Counted from the first letter of the stretch, positions 51,606-60,326 are shown. The stretch: DNA of 64,000 nucleotides from a virus (IMGVR_UViG_3300044961_000667); one strand, 5' to 3'. A program made the numbers and translations. The notes: generated by a model from the letters alone, not told the origin.

Positions 51606-52266
51606 TCGGAGATCTCCGCGGCCATCCTACCTCCGGCTTCTGGAACAGAAACCTCATGGACCGCTCGCTGACGACCTGATCAACCAGATTGAAACTGACC
51701 GACCCAGCCTGAACGATCTCCTCGCGCGTGTGCCAGCGGAACATCGACACGTCGTAGTCCCCACGCATCGCCTGCAGGTGGAGCACTCGCCTCCCGAGGA
51801 AGCCCGACGCTTCGACGTACCGCACGCCGCCGTGCCGGTACGTCTTGAGGCTCCACTTCGGCCGACGGAACGCGTTCAGGACGAACCTTCCTCCTGGCTT
51901 GAGGAGGCGCTCGACAGCAGCGAACGTCTGAGCGAGGTCGAGGTAACCGATCGCCTGCCGGCAGGCGACCAGGTTGAACTTGGGCGTGTACCGCAGAGCG
52001 CCGAACGCGCTGATCGCCTCCTCGGCCCGCCCTCGAACGCAGATGACATGCTCGTCATCGCACCGAGGGTTGAGATCGAGCAGCCACGCCACCTCTTGGC
52101 CACGCCTGATCGCTTCTTTGGCCACTGCTCCGGTGCCACCGCAGAGGTCCAGGAGGTAGTCGCCGCCGACGTCGAAGTGCGCGAAGTCGAGCAACTCGCC
52201 CGGCTTCTCCAGCCACTTCGCGTACAGCACCTCGTACGTCTCGGTCGTGCACGCCAGCCGCATCAT
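51574..52266 (-). CDS. Class I SAM-dependent methyltransferase
   Basis: LLDLCGGTG, LLDLN, GRAEE, FNLVAC..LKPGGRFV. Confidence 0.85.
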   Translation of the reverse strand: MMRLACTTETYEVLYAKWLEKPGELLDFAHFDVGGDYLLDLCGGTGAVAKEAIRRGQEVAWLLDLNPRCDDEHVICVRGRAEEAISAFGALRYTPKFNLVACRQAIGYLDLAQTFAAVERLLKPGGRFVLNAFRRPKWSLKTYRHGGVRYVEASGFLGRRVLHLQAMRGDYDVSMFRWHTREEIVQAGSVSFNLVDQVVSERSMRFLFQKPEVGWPRRSPNGPAPRTGHR

Positions 52267-52871
52267 TCACGCACCGCCTTCTTCAAGAACTCGGTCGGAT
52301 CGAGCAACCCCTGCGGGCGAGGCATCGTGAGACGCCACCACACCGGCTCGACCACGTCCGGCGCGTACAGCTCCAAGTGCAGCATGTCCATCGGCAGCCC
52401 CTTGTCGTGCACCAGCACCCTGGCCACCTGCCCGACTCGGTCTCCACGTCGAACGCGATCGCCGACACGAGCCGTCTTGCCGATCTCGACCTCTCCGTAG
52501 CAGACGACGCCGGAAGCGCCCTTCACCAGCACAGCGGCAGTGTCGTGCCACCACGGCGACTCGGCATCGATCCCGGTGAAGTCGACAACGGCTACCACCA
52601 CGCCGTCCTCCACGGCCAACACCGGCTCGCCGAGGCGGCAGTACAGATCGACACCAGTGTGCACGTCGTACTTCCGCTGCGCACCGAAGGCCCCCTGGTG
52701 CGTCCCCTCGGGGACTTCGGGCTTCGACTCAGCCAGTGGCCACCGCCACTCGACGGCAGCGCTCGGCGTCCGCGTGGGGAGGTGTCGGGATTGGATACCC
52801 GAGGCGTTCACCGACTGGCTCCCGGTCTCTGCCGCCGGGGCACCTTCCGCGCCTGACTTGACGCTTCCCAT
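52263..52871 (-). CDS. M23-family metallopeptidase
   Basis: HTGVDL..PVLAVEDG..YG..V..GD.V..G..MLHLE. Confidence 0.85.
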   Translation of the reverse strand: MGSVKSGAEGAPAAETGSQSVNASGIQSRHLPTRTPSAAVEWRWPLAESKPEVPEGTHQGAFGAQRKYDVHTGVDLYCRLGEPVLAVEDGVVVAVVDFTGIDAESPWWHDTAAVLVKGASGVVCYGEVEIGKTARVGDRVRRGDRVGQVARVLVHDKGLPMDMLHLELYAPDVVEPVWWRLTMPRPQGLLDPTEFLKKAVRE

Positions 52872-52909
52872 CACGGACTCTCCTTGTGAAACACGCCTCT
52901 CAACGAGCG

Positions 52910-54163
52910 TCAAAAGGCATCGACGTCGTTGGAGTTCAGCACCGCCACGAAGCCGTGGCCCTCGATGTTGAAGGCGTGCCGCGGCAACGGGCGCTGGTTG
53001 TCCCGGAACGTCGACGGCGGAGCGTACGGCTCCGTCGGGCACTGGTTCTCACCCAGCGGCTCTCCCGGAGCAGGGGCCTTCGTCTGGTACAGCATCTCGT
53101 GCAGGTGCAGGACGGCGTCGCCCTTGTGCTTGAACATCTCCAGCATGCGCACCATCAGCGGAGCGTTGAGCGACGGCTTGTTGCCACGGAACGTGTACGT
53201 CACCCCGGCTTCGTGATCGACGCGAGAGACGAACACGCACTCGTTCGCCGTCCACAGCCGCCCCTTCTCCCTCGGCGACACCAGAAAGCCACTCTCTCCC
53301 ACGCGCACGGCGATGCCGCCGAAGACACGACTCGTCGTCCCCATTGGGTGGGAGAAGCGATCCCGGTACTTCTCGATGATGCGCTCCATGCGCTTCACCG
53401 CCGCCTCCATTTCAAACCAGGGTGGGTCCTTCGGGTTCGGCTCCGCCTCAGTGCGGTAGAACCTGTCATTGATGGTAGCTTCGAGGTCCGAGTACATCCG
53501 GTCGAACCCCGCCACGTCTCCGATGCAGATCTCCGCGTCAGCCCGGTAGATGTCGCTGTGACCGTCCGGATAGATCAGCCGTTTCTGCCGGAGGTCGGAG
53601 AAGTCGTTCGCCACCACCACGTTGCAGTGCGCCTTGAAAAGCGTCTGGTACGCAGCGGCCAGTGTCTCCTGCGTCGTTGAGCCGGAGGTCATCTTGCAGC
53701 CGATGAGCGTGAGCTTTGGGTTCAGCTTTTTCATCCGGTCGATGACGCGCGGTACGAGGATGAACGGGATGAGCTGCTCCGCTCCTTCGGTGAAGCCCTC
53801 GGTGGGCATCTTCCCCTTGAAGGGTGCCTTCGGAATCCAGTTCACGACGGCAGCGGCCATCACGGCGGCGTCCACCTTCGGTGCCAGCTCGTAGCACTGC
53901 TCCGCGTAGGACTCGTAGCCGGTGTGAATCTTCCGATGGAACAGAGCCGAGACCGGTGCGCGGTGCGCGCGGTACTCCGCCCCCATCCGTTCGTTCACGG
54001 TCGCCTTGTCGAGGGTGTCCGGAAGCAAGAGTGTCACTTCGTGGTTCCGAGCGTGCAACCACGCGGCGAACTTCACCGCCCAGATGCCTCTGATGCGGTT
54101 GCCGACGAGCTTGTTGTCGTCGAGCTTCCCGTACACCGTTCCTGCCGTCACCAGCACTTTCAT
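52910..54163 (-). CDS. CoaB-like (DFP C-terminal) domain fused to class II aldolase/adducin-like domain
   Basis: VLVTAG.....D....N...G, MAAAV..W, LIGCK, VVAND; then FLVSP..KPSLNAP..AVLHLH..GHG. Confidence 0.75.
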   Translation of the reverse strand: MKVLVTAGTVYGKLDDNKLVGNRIRGIWAVKFAAWLHARNHEVTLLLPDTLDKATVNERMGAEYRAHRAPVSALFHRKIHTGYESYAEQCYELAPKVDAAVMAAAVVNWIPKAPFKGKMPTEGFTEGAEQLIPFILVPRVIDRMKKLNPKLTLIGCKMTSGSTTQETLAAAYQTLFKAHCNVVVANDFSDLRQKRLIYPDGHSDIYRADAEICIGDVAGFDRMYSDLEATINDRFYRTEAEPNPKDPPWFEMEAAVKRMERIIEKYRDRFSHPMGTTSRVFGGIAVRVGESGFLVSPREKGRLWTANECVFVSRVDHEAGVTYTFRGNKPSLNAPLMVRMLEMFKHKGDAVLHLHEMLYQTKAPAPGEPLGENQCPTEPYAPPSTFRDNQRPLPRHAFNIEGHGFVAVLNSNDVDAF

Positions 54164-54166
54164 GAC

Positions 54167-54430
54167 CTACTCCTCGAACTCGTCGTGAAGCTGCTTCAGC
54201 GTGGCCCCCAGCGTGTCGCCGGGGATGTACGGCAGGTCGTGCTCGCCCTCGATGAACTCGGTCGTGCCGTCCTCGAAGACGATCGAGTGAAGCTGCAACA
54301 CGAGCGTGTCGTCGCCGAAGTCCGACGAGATCGAGCACTCGATGCGCTTCACCTTCTTCCCGTACAGCTTCTCCAGATCGATGTTGCTGTACCGATCTCC
54401 GGGCTGAACCTGGATGTCGACGAGCTTCAC
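54167..54430 (-). CDS. Hypothetical protein
   Basis: GTGA-coupled start; EGEHD.P motif. Confidence 0.65.
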   Translation of the reverse strand: MKLVDIQVQPGDRYSNIDLEKLYGKKVKRIECSISSDFGDDTLVLQLHSIVFEDGTTEFIEGEHDLPYIPGDTLGATLKQLHDEFEE

Positions 54431-54723
54431 GACGCGGCCTCCTGCCGGCAGACCTCTTCGACGTGCTCGCGGAACTCCGCCTCGGGCGGGCAGAACTTCT
54501 GCTTGGCGACGGGGCCGTACCAGTACCCGATTTCCAGGATGTCGACCTCCACCGGGCTCGACTTCAGCTCCTTCGGGAAGTGCTTCTCGCCCCACTGCTT
54601 GTACTCGTCGACGTCGAAGCGACGGATGTCGAGGAAGCACGTCGGCACGACGCCGAAGGGAACCCCCTTGGCGTCGACGTCCATGTCACCGTGGCTGTGG
54701 ATGATGAAGGCTGGCTTGCTCAT
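54427..54723 (-). CDS. Hypothetical protein
   Basis: RBS GGAG. Confidence 0.7.
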   Translation of the reverse strand: MSKPAFIIHSHGDMDVDAKGVPFGVVPTCFLDIRRFDVDEYKQWGEKHFPKELKSSPVEVDILEIGYWYGPVAKQKFCPPEAEFREHVEEVCRQEAAS

Positions 54724-54732
54724 GTTCGTCTC

Positions 54733-55032
54733 CTAGATCTTGTCTCTCTTGCGTTGCGATGCGACCGCCAACCCCTGGCGGTAGTACTGACCGTCGAGAG
54801 GATCGAGCCACCGCACGTTGTCTCCGGCGGGCTGATCCTCGAACACGTGAGGGATCCACTTGGCCGCGTGCAGGTACTCCGCCTCTGCGGCGAGCAGGCG
54901 TCCGGCTGCGTTGATGACGCTCCGGCCGACGGTTTCGCACCACGGCTGGTGCTCACCGATGACGTAGCTGTTGCACGACGAGCACAGCGACTTGTGATCG
55001 AGCTTGAAGTTCTTCGGGCGGTCCATCAGCAC
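54733..55032 (-). CDS. Hypothetical protein
   Basis: CSSC..H..WC. Confidence 0.65.
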   Translation of the reverse strand: MLMDRPKNFKLDHKSLCSSCNSYVIGEHQPWCETVGRSVINAAGRLLAAEAEYLHAAKWIPHVFEDQPAGDNVRWLDPLDGQYYRQGLAVASQRKRDKI

Positions 55033-55217
55033 TCTCTCAGCCAGTCCCTCGTCTGCTCGAAGGCTTGGCGCTTCTCCGGGTTGATGTTCGGGTACTTCTT
55101 CAGGTTCGCGTCGATGCGATCCGCGAACTCCTGCGCCGTCGACTTCGACAGCGCTGCGAGCGCAGCCGCCGCGCAGAACTCGTCCGACAGGACGTCCAGC
55201 CCCTTCTTGTCGCTCAT
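55026..55217 (-). CDS. Hypothetical protein
   Basis: TGATG-coupled start. Confidence 0.6.
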   Translation of the reverse strand: MSDKKGLDVLSDEFCAAAALAALSKSTAQEFADRIDANLKKYPNINPEKRQAFEQTRDWLREC

Positions 55218-55582
55218 CAGTTTCTCCGAGAGAGGATCTCCGCCGCCTTCATCACCCCGCGAGCAGTCGGCGTGACGATCGTCTTCAACCCCTGGTTCAT
55301 CAGCATCGCCGACACCACGTTGCACACCCAGTCGACCTCGGCGGCAAACGTGATCGACCGCCAGATGTCGGCGTCGGTTGCACCCTGGACCATGAAGCGC
55401 ATGCGGTGCTCTGCCTGGCGAGCCTCGTCAAGCAGGACGCCGAGGTTCTCAGGCGACTTCCGCCGGCACGCCTCGAAGCCCGCCAGCGCCCCCGCCCGAC
55501 GAGCCTCGTCGTTGGCGTAGTCGACGTTCACCGCGCGAATTCCGTCCTCGATCAGGTGCTGCAGGAACTCTTCGTAGGTCAC
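55217..55582 (-). CDS. Hypothetical protein
   Basis: Coupled ORF. Confidence 0.7.
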   Translation of the reverse strand: MTYEEFLQHLIEDGIRAVNVDYANDEARRAGALAGFEACRRKSPENLGVLLDEARQAEHRMRFMVQGATDADIWRSITFAAEVDWVCNVVSAMLMNQGLKTIVTPTARGVMKAAEILSRRN

Positions 55583-56046
55583 GCGTTCTCCAGCGTCTTG
55601 TGGGGCCAGTACCTCGGGATGGACTGCGTCTGAGCGCGAAGCGTCATCGACTGCCGCTCCACCGTCCCCGCGGGCACCCCGTGGATGCCGCGCGCCGCAG
55701 CCACAGCCGGGGCGACGTCGAGAGTGACGATCTGCAGCGTGTGCCCGAAGGCGACGGCCAGGGCTGCGTATGGCGCCAGCTCGGCCACCGACGTGTTCGT
55801 GTTGTCGACCACCAGCACGTCGACATCACCCGGCGATGCAATCGATTGCGTGTACCGCCGCAGGCAGTCCGCGTGCGCGTCGCTGAGTCGCGTGGCGTCG
55901 AACTTGTACTCGCCGTCGCGCTTGAAGAAGTCGTCCGACGACATCACCAGCGCCTTCATGCCGGCGGCCATCGACCATTCGACGATCCGCCTGGCGTGGG
56001 TGGACTTCCCAGCGCCAGACGGACCCCTGAGGATGTAGACGATCAT
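55579..56046 (-). CDS. AAA_33 / N4BP2-like P-loop kinase
   Basis: YILRGPSGAGKST, SSDDFF..Y.FD..L..AH..C, VDNTN. Confidence 0.88.
   Translation of the reverse strand: MIVYILRGPSGAGKSTHARRIVEWSMAAGMKALVMSSDDFFKRDGEYKFDATRLSDAHADCLRRYTQSIASPGDVDVLVVDNTNTSVAELAPYAALAVAFGHTLQIVTLDVAPAVAAARGIHGVPAGTVERQSMTLRAQTQSIPRYWPHKTLENA
55837..55850. repeat. TGCAATCGATTGCG palindromic site, copy 7 (coding)
   Basis: Exact match. Confidence 0.8.
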
Positions 56047-56360
56047 CGGCTGCTCAACTCGAAGGTGAGGTACGTCTCGCTGGGCAGCCTCACTCGGCAG
56101 CCGTACTGGCCTTCGACGAGATCGAGGAGGGCGCACCGAGTGCACCGCGGACCTTCGTCGAAGCCGTTGATCGGCTTCTCGTCGGAGCAGCTGGTGCGAT
56201 CGTGCGTCGGGCGGAAGACGTCGATCATCTCCCGCGTGAGGATCTTCTCGACAGCGTCGGCGTGGGCCTCCTGCTTCTTCTTTGCCAGCTCCGCTTCCTT
56301 GCGGCGACGCTGAACTTCAGCATCAAGCTCTGCATCCGTGAACTGCTTCAGGTCCGACAT
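56043..56360 (-). CDS. Hypothetical protein
   Basis: H.RTSCSD..CTRC; first gene after a promoter. Confidence 0.7.
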   Translation of the reverse strand: MSDLKQFTDAELDAEVQRRRKEAELAKKKQEAHADAVEKILTREMIDVFRPTHDRTSCSDEKPINGFDEGPRCTRCALLDLVEGQYGCRVRLPSETYLTFELSSR

Positions 56361-56414
56361 CTTCGCCTCCTTGGTTCCCCGGCCGCTGGCCGGGTAGTTG
56401 GGGTGAGGATCAGG

Positions 56415-56447
56415 AGAGTGTCAGGCGTACTCTGGTTTGTCAAGAGG
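56415..56447 (-). promoter_or_regulatory. CCTCTTGAC-family promoter
   Basis: TTGACA-17-CACTCT. Confidence 0.75.
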
Positions 56448-56907
56448 AAGACGGCGTCAGCCTGCCGTTTTCGAGACGGAACACGTTCCATGGAGCCCTG
56501 TACCCGCTCTTCAGCTCCACGGCCCCGTTGATGTGCAGCTTCATCGTCGTCTTGCTGGGCAGCCTGTACTTCGGATCGAAGCCCGCCTTCTTCGCCGCTT
56601 CCGCCAGCGGACGGTTCGGGTCGTAGTCCACGTCCAGCATGACCCTCAGCGCCTCGGTGTGCGGCGAGTTCGCGATGCGCTCGAACTCCGCGGCAATCTG
56701 CTCCGCCAATGCAGTCTCGAACGCGACGATCTTCTCCTCGGGGATCGGCGCCCACATCGAGGTGAACGCATTCAGCATCGCCTCCCCGATCACCGAGTCG
56801 GCCGACTCAGTCGTCCTGGTGGGCCCCAGCACATCGTGCCGCGGCTTCTGCCGCAAGGTGTCGCCCCACCACTTCGCCACGACATCAAACAGCTCCTTCG
56901 TCACCAT
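56440..56907 (-). CDS. Hypothetical protein
   Basis: AKWW..L.VDYDP...L..AA motif. Confidence 0.75.
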   Translation of the reverse strand: MVTKELFDVVAKWWGDTLRQKPRHDVLGPTRTTESADSVIGEAMLNAFTSMWAPIPEEKIVAFETALAEQIAAEFERIANSPHTEALRVMLDVDYDPNRPLAEAAKKAGFDPKYRLPSKTTMKLHINGAVELKSGYRAPWNVFRLENGRLTPSSS

Positions 56908-57295
56908 GCTGCATCCCTTTCTCAAGCCTCTCTCCGAGGCGTTTCTCTTCGTCGGTGAGGTACAGCCTGGGCCTCGCCTCGTGCTCGTGTGTCAGCTTCC
57001 CGAGGTACACCCAGCGCTTCCATGGGGCGGCCACCAACCCGTGCACGCTGCAGCAATCCTTCTCGTCGAGGCTTCGGGAGCACCGGCGATTGGGCCCAAC
57101 GCCGTCGTCGCTGATCAACGGGCAGGAGCGATTCTTCCGACGTTCCCTGGCTTCTTTCACTGATGGGTGGATGCCGGCGGCAACGAGGCAGGCCGTCGTG
57201 TCCGAGCAGACCTGCATCTGAACTTCGCCGTCCGAGACAGTCTTCCCGCCGCCCCAGAGAACAGAGCCACAAAGCGGACACTTCTGAGCCATCAC
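56885..57295 (-). CDS. Cys-rich hypothetical protein with recoded 5' end
   Basis: MAQKCPLCGS..; coupled to the HNH-AP2 stop. Confidence 0.7.
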   Translation of the reverse strand: MMAQKCPLCGSVLWGGGKTVSDGEVQMQVCSDTTACLVAAGIHPSVKEARERRKNRSCPLISDDGVGPNRRCSRSLDEKDCCSVHGLVAAPWKRWVYLGKLTHEHEARPRLYLTDEEKRLGERLEKGMQHGDEGAV

Positions 57296-57774
57296 TCTCT
57301 CGGAAAATTGAGCTTCGCGAAGTCGCCGAACGCCACGACGGCAGCTTCGTCGTACGCCCTGGCCGCGTCTTCGGGCGTTTCGTAGTACCCCAAGAACTTC
57401 GTCCGGCCGTCAATCTTGATTCTGGCCTGCCACGGCTTGTTCTTGCGACGATCGTTCTGCTTGAAGTCAACGCCCTTGAAAGAGCGTTTCGTCCCCACGT
57501 TTCTGCTGTTCTGCTGGTGCGTCGCCGGCCTCAGGTTCTCGCGCCTGCAGTCAAGCGTATCGCCATTCTTGTGATCGACCTCCAGCCCGACACCAACACC
57601 GAGAACCTCGCGATGCAGATAGATGGCCTTCTTCTTTGGACCATGGTGCTCATCTCGACGCGCGTAGAACAATCCATCCGAGCGCGGATTCGCGTACCAC
57701 CAAAACCCAGCCAGACGACCGTCGACGTCGTCAACCAGGGCCTTCAGTCCACGCGTCAGAGGAATTTCCACCAT
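57292..57774 (-). CDS. HNH-AP2 homing endonuclease
   Basis: IPLTRG..LHREVL..VDHKNGDTLDCRRENLR..N; AP2: FKGV..WQARI..LGYY.TPE.AARAYD.AA. Confidence 0.93.
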   Translation of the reverse strand: MVEIPLTRGLKALVDDVDGRLAGFWWYANPRSDGLFYARRDEHHGPKKKAIYLHREVLGVGVGLEVDHKNGDTLDCRRENLRPATHQQNSRNVGTKRSFKGVDFKQNDRRKNKPWQARIKIDGRTKFLGYYETPEDAARAYDEAAVVAFGDFAKLNFPRE

Positions 57775-57798
57775 GCGAACATCATACCTCTTGGCGAA

Positions 57799-57843
57799 CT
57801 AAACGAACAGTGGGCTGCCGCAGAGGGGACACAGCTTGCTCAT
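57799..57843 (-). pseudogene. Orphaned native 5' end (MSKLCPLCGSPLFV*) of the gene at 56885-57295
   Basis: Aligns with MAQKCPLCGSVL. Confidence 0.75.
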
Positions 57844-57847
57844 GGCT

Positions 57848-58108
57848 CTACCAGTCGTCGGGGATGTCGGTGGCGCGGATGTCGAACTTCCCACCCGATT
57901 CCTGCTTCAGCTTCCCCTCAGGCACCGTCTGGAGGAAGCACTCCGTGCACTTCACGTACTTCGGAGGCTGAGCGGAGCCGCTGACCCGATCCATCCGGTG
58001 GCCGCACTCCATCTGAAGCCGCCACACCGAAGCACCGGCGCCCTGCACCCGTTCCGCTTCCGTCACCTTGCGCTGGAAGAGGCCGTCGTTCGCCATGAGG
58101 TACACCAA
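57848..58108 (-). CDS. Hypothetical protein
   Basis: ECGH..CTEC. Confidence 0.65.
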   Translation of the reverse strand: MVYLMANDGLFQRKVTEAERVQGAGASVWRLQMECGHRMDRVSGSAQPPKYVKCTECFLQTVPEGKLKQESGGKFDIRATDIPDDW

Positions 58109-58297
58109 CTACCCATGGCAGCCGCTGTCAATCCTGCCCGCGCTCGCGAATCCTCTTCGCCTTCCTGGCCAGGGTGTCAGCGATCCTTCGGATCTGCGTG
58201 GCGACGCCGGGGGCCGCACGTGCCCACTGCCTCGCCAACCAGTGCAACGTGATGACGGAGACGTCCAGCGCTGTCAGGTACTCGTCCTTGAGCCGAT

Positions 58298-58510
58298 TCA
58301 CTCGGGCAAAGTACCTGCGGTCGGCGCCTCCCGTCCAAAGCCGAGAGCGCTCATGGCAGCGCGGGCGGCAGCGCGCCACTTCGCCTGCACCTGCTCACCG
58401 AGAGCCGGCCACCGGGGCACATCACGGCCGTCGAACGTCTTCCAGGGATTGGGCGACTCCTCGTTGTACGCGTTGAACATCTTCTCGGCCAACTCGATCT
58501 CTCGGCTCAT
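58298..58510 (-). CDS. Hypothetical protein
   Basis: RBS AGGAG. Confidence 0.7.
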   Translation of the reverse strand: MSREIELAEKMFNAYNEESPNPWKTFDGRDVPRWPALGEQVQAKWRAAARAAMSALGFGREAPTAGTLPE

Positions 58511-58533
58511 CGCTCTCTCCTGTTTTCATCGCC

Positions 58534-58746
58534 TCACTGCCGCGGGCGACGATGCCCCTCTGGCACCTTCGTCTTCTTCTTGTGGGTGGGAGCCTTGCGT
58601 CGCGCCGCGTTGCGGGCGTTCGCCTTCTTCACCACCAGCTTGGCCTTCGCCATCACGTCGAGGTACCCGCTGACGTACAGGGCGCCCGGAGGCATGGTTC
58701 CGCTGCCGATCACCTGCAGCACGTGCCTCGCGTACGAGATCTTCAC
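58534..58746 (-). CDS. Small basic hypothetical protein
   Basis: Coupled ORF, Lys/Arg-rich tail. Confidence 0.6.
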   Translation of the reverse strand: MKISYARHVLQVIGSGTMPPGALYVSGYLDVMAKAKLVVKKANARNAARRKAPTHKKKTKVPEGHRRPRQ

Positions 58747-59084
58747 CGCGTCAGCCTGCAGTTCGTCATGTACCCATCGCCGGGGGTGAGCCTCAGCTCG
58801 TACCCCGTCTTGGCGTTGAGATCTCGCGTCAGGCCGAGATCTCCCATCGACGAGGCCATCACTACCCGCATCGTCGTCCCCGCCTTGAACTTCTTCTCAC
58901 CGATGAGCTTGCTCGACACCTTCGGGTCCCAGATGGGCAGCGTCACATCCTTCGCCAGCTCGACGTACGCCTCCGGCTGGTAGAACGGCTTCGAGTAGTC
59001 GCCCTTCTCGGCCGCCTCGTAGTGCGCGTCCTTCGAGTCGCACACCTTGTTGAAGAGGTAGTCGTACAGCTCCTGCTCAGTCAT
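58743..59084 (-). CDS. Hypothetical protein
   Basis: VVMASSMGDLGL..L....GY motif. Confidence 0.75.
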   Translation of the reverse strand: MTEQELYDYLFNKVCDSKDAHYEAAEKGDYSKPFYQPEAYVELAKDVTLPIWDPKVSSKLIGEKKFKAGTTMRVVMASSMGDLGLTRDLNAKTGYELRLTPGDGYMTNCRLTR

Positions 59085-59327
59085 CGCCCGGCATCCTTTC
59101 GCTCGATCTTCACCTCGAACGTCGAACACGCCTTCTGGGTGGCCAGCGTGGCGCAGGCGCCCATCACGAGTCCGACGACCAGGAAACCCCAGGCCAGCGC
59201 CTTGAACGCGTCCCCGATGCCCGCCGGCGAGCCGCACGCTTCTGCTCGAACTCGCCGACGTCGATGTGGCGCTCTCCGCATTCGGGGCACCACAACAGCA
59301 TCGGGATCGGCTTCTCTGGCAACGCCA

Positions 59328-59630
59328 TCAATCCTCCTCTGGCCTCCACGCCGAGGGGGCTCTTCGGACGGCCGGCGGAGGCGGTGGCTTCACCACGTCG
59401 ACCACGACGATCTGCTTCCAGTCGATGCCGACGTGGCCCTTCATGTTCACCGGCACGTACTCGCCGAGGAACCAGTGCCCGCACTTGCCGTCGCTCTGGC
59501 AGGTGTCTGGCCTCCGGTACGGCTCGTGACGCTTCCACTGCTTCCCGATCGTCGTGCCGGTCGGCAGGGTGCTGCTGTACTCCGGCAACTCCCTCACCTG
59601 CCGCACCGTCATCTCGACGATCTTCATCAT
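59328..59630 (-). CDS. Hypothetical protein
   Basis: EYS.TLPTGT.IGK.WK motif. Confidence 0.7.
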   Translation of the reverse strand: MMKIVEMTVRQVRELPEYSSTLPTGTTIGKQWKRHEPYRRPDTCQSDGKCGHWFLGEYVPVNMKGHVGIDWKQIVVVDVVKPPPPPAVRRAPSAWRPEED

Positions 59631-59752
59631 CACTCCTTGTTCCGACTGAGCGCCCTGGCGACGTTGGCCACCACGCTGTCGAGCACGGCCAGTGCCGACA
59701 ACGCGAGAAACAGCGTCATCCAGGGGTGCTCCAGTGCCCACTCCATCGCCAT
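59630..59752 (-). CDS. Small membrane protein
   Basis: RBS GAGGAG; hydrophobic helix. Confidence 0.55.
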   Translation of the reverse strand: MAMEWALEHPWMTLFLALSALAVLDSVVANVARALSRNKE

Positions 59753-59835
59753 CTCCTCGTGCGTTTTCCGTCTCTCACTGCCAGCCGCGACGATGCCGCG
59801 GCTGTCGATCGATCTCTCTCCCTTGGGGATGGGAG

Positions 59836-60252
59836 TCAGGCGGCGCGTCGGGGCTCGTTGGACTTCACCTTGTGCTTGGTGAGCGGCTTCCCGAAGTCCT
59901 TGGTCCGCAGGGCCAGGCCGCCCTTCAGCTGCTGCTCGGCGTAGGTCGCGGCGAAGCGCAGCTGCAGCGGCACCTCCGAGAAGTCGCAGTCGTGGAAGAC
60001 GTCGATCTTCCCTTCGATGACGTGCACGCGGACGGAGCGGGGCAGGATCTTCCGCAGCGCCTTCAGCTCCTCGTCGTACTTGCCCTTCTGCACGGCCTTC
60101 ACGAGCGAAGAGACGGCCACGTTCATCCTGGCCGACTTCTCGAACTCGTTCTCCTTGGCCGTCATGTCGGCGGCCCGGCGGATCATGTCCCGCTTGAGCT
60201 TCTCGGCTTCCTTCTTCAACGCGTTCACCTTCTTGGCGTGCGACTTCTTCAC
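59836..60252 (-). CDS. Hypothetical protein
   Basis: GTG start after a promoter. Confidence 0.7.
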   Translation of the reverse strand: MKKSHAKKVNALKKEAEKLKRDMIRRAADMTAKENEFEKSARMNVAVSSLVKAVQKGKYDEELKALRKILPRSVRVHVIEGKIDVFHDCDFSEVPLQLRFAATYAEQQLKGGLALRTKDFGKPLTKHKVKSNEPRRAA

Positions 60253-60293
60253 GGTTTTTCTCCGGTCTGGTTGAGTGCTGCGAGGTCTTCCTC

Positions 60294-60326
60294 TTGATGC
60301 CGCCTATGCCGGCGTTCGTCAAGTGG
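60294..60326 (-). promoter_or_regulatory. Variant promoter (CCACTTGACG)
   Basis: One mismatch to the family; inverted CCTCTTGATG on the plus strand. Confidence 0.55.

Noticed and set aside
58128-58379. 83-aa ORF overlapping 58298-58510
   Set aside because: Large overlap, no clear RBS and an uncertain start, so it is not listed as a feature.
59081-59328. Two overlapping partial ORFs (MALPEKPIPMLLWCPECG.. and ..GDAFKALAWGFLVV..)
   Set aside because: This could be one frameshifted gene or a recombination scar, and I cannot resolve it without homologues.
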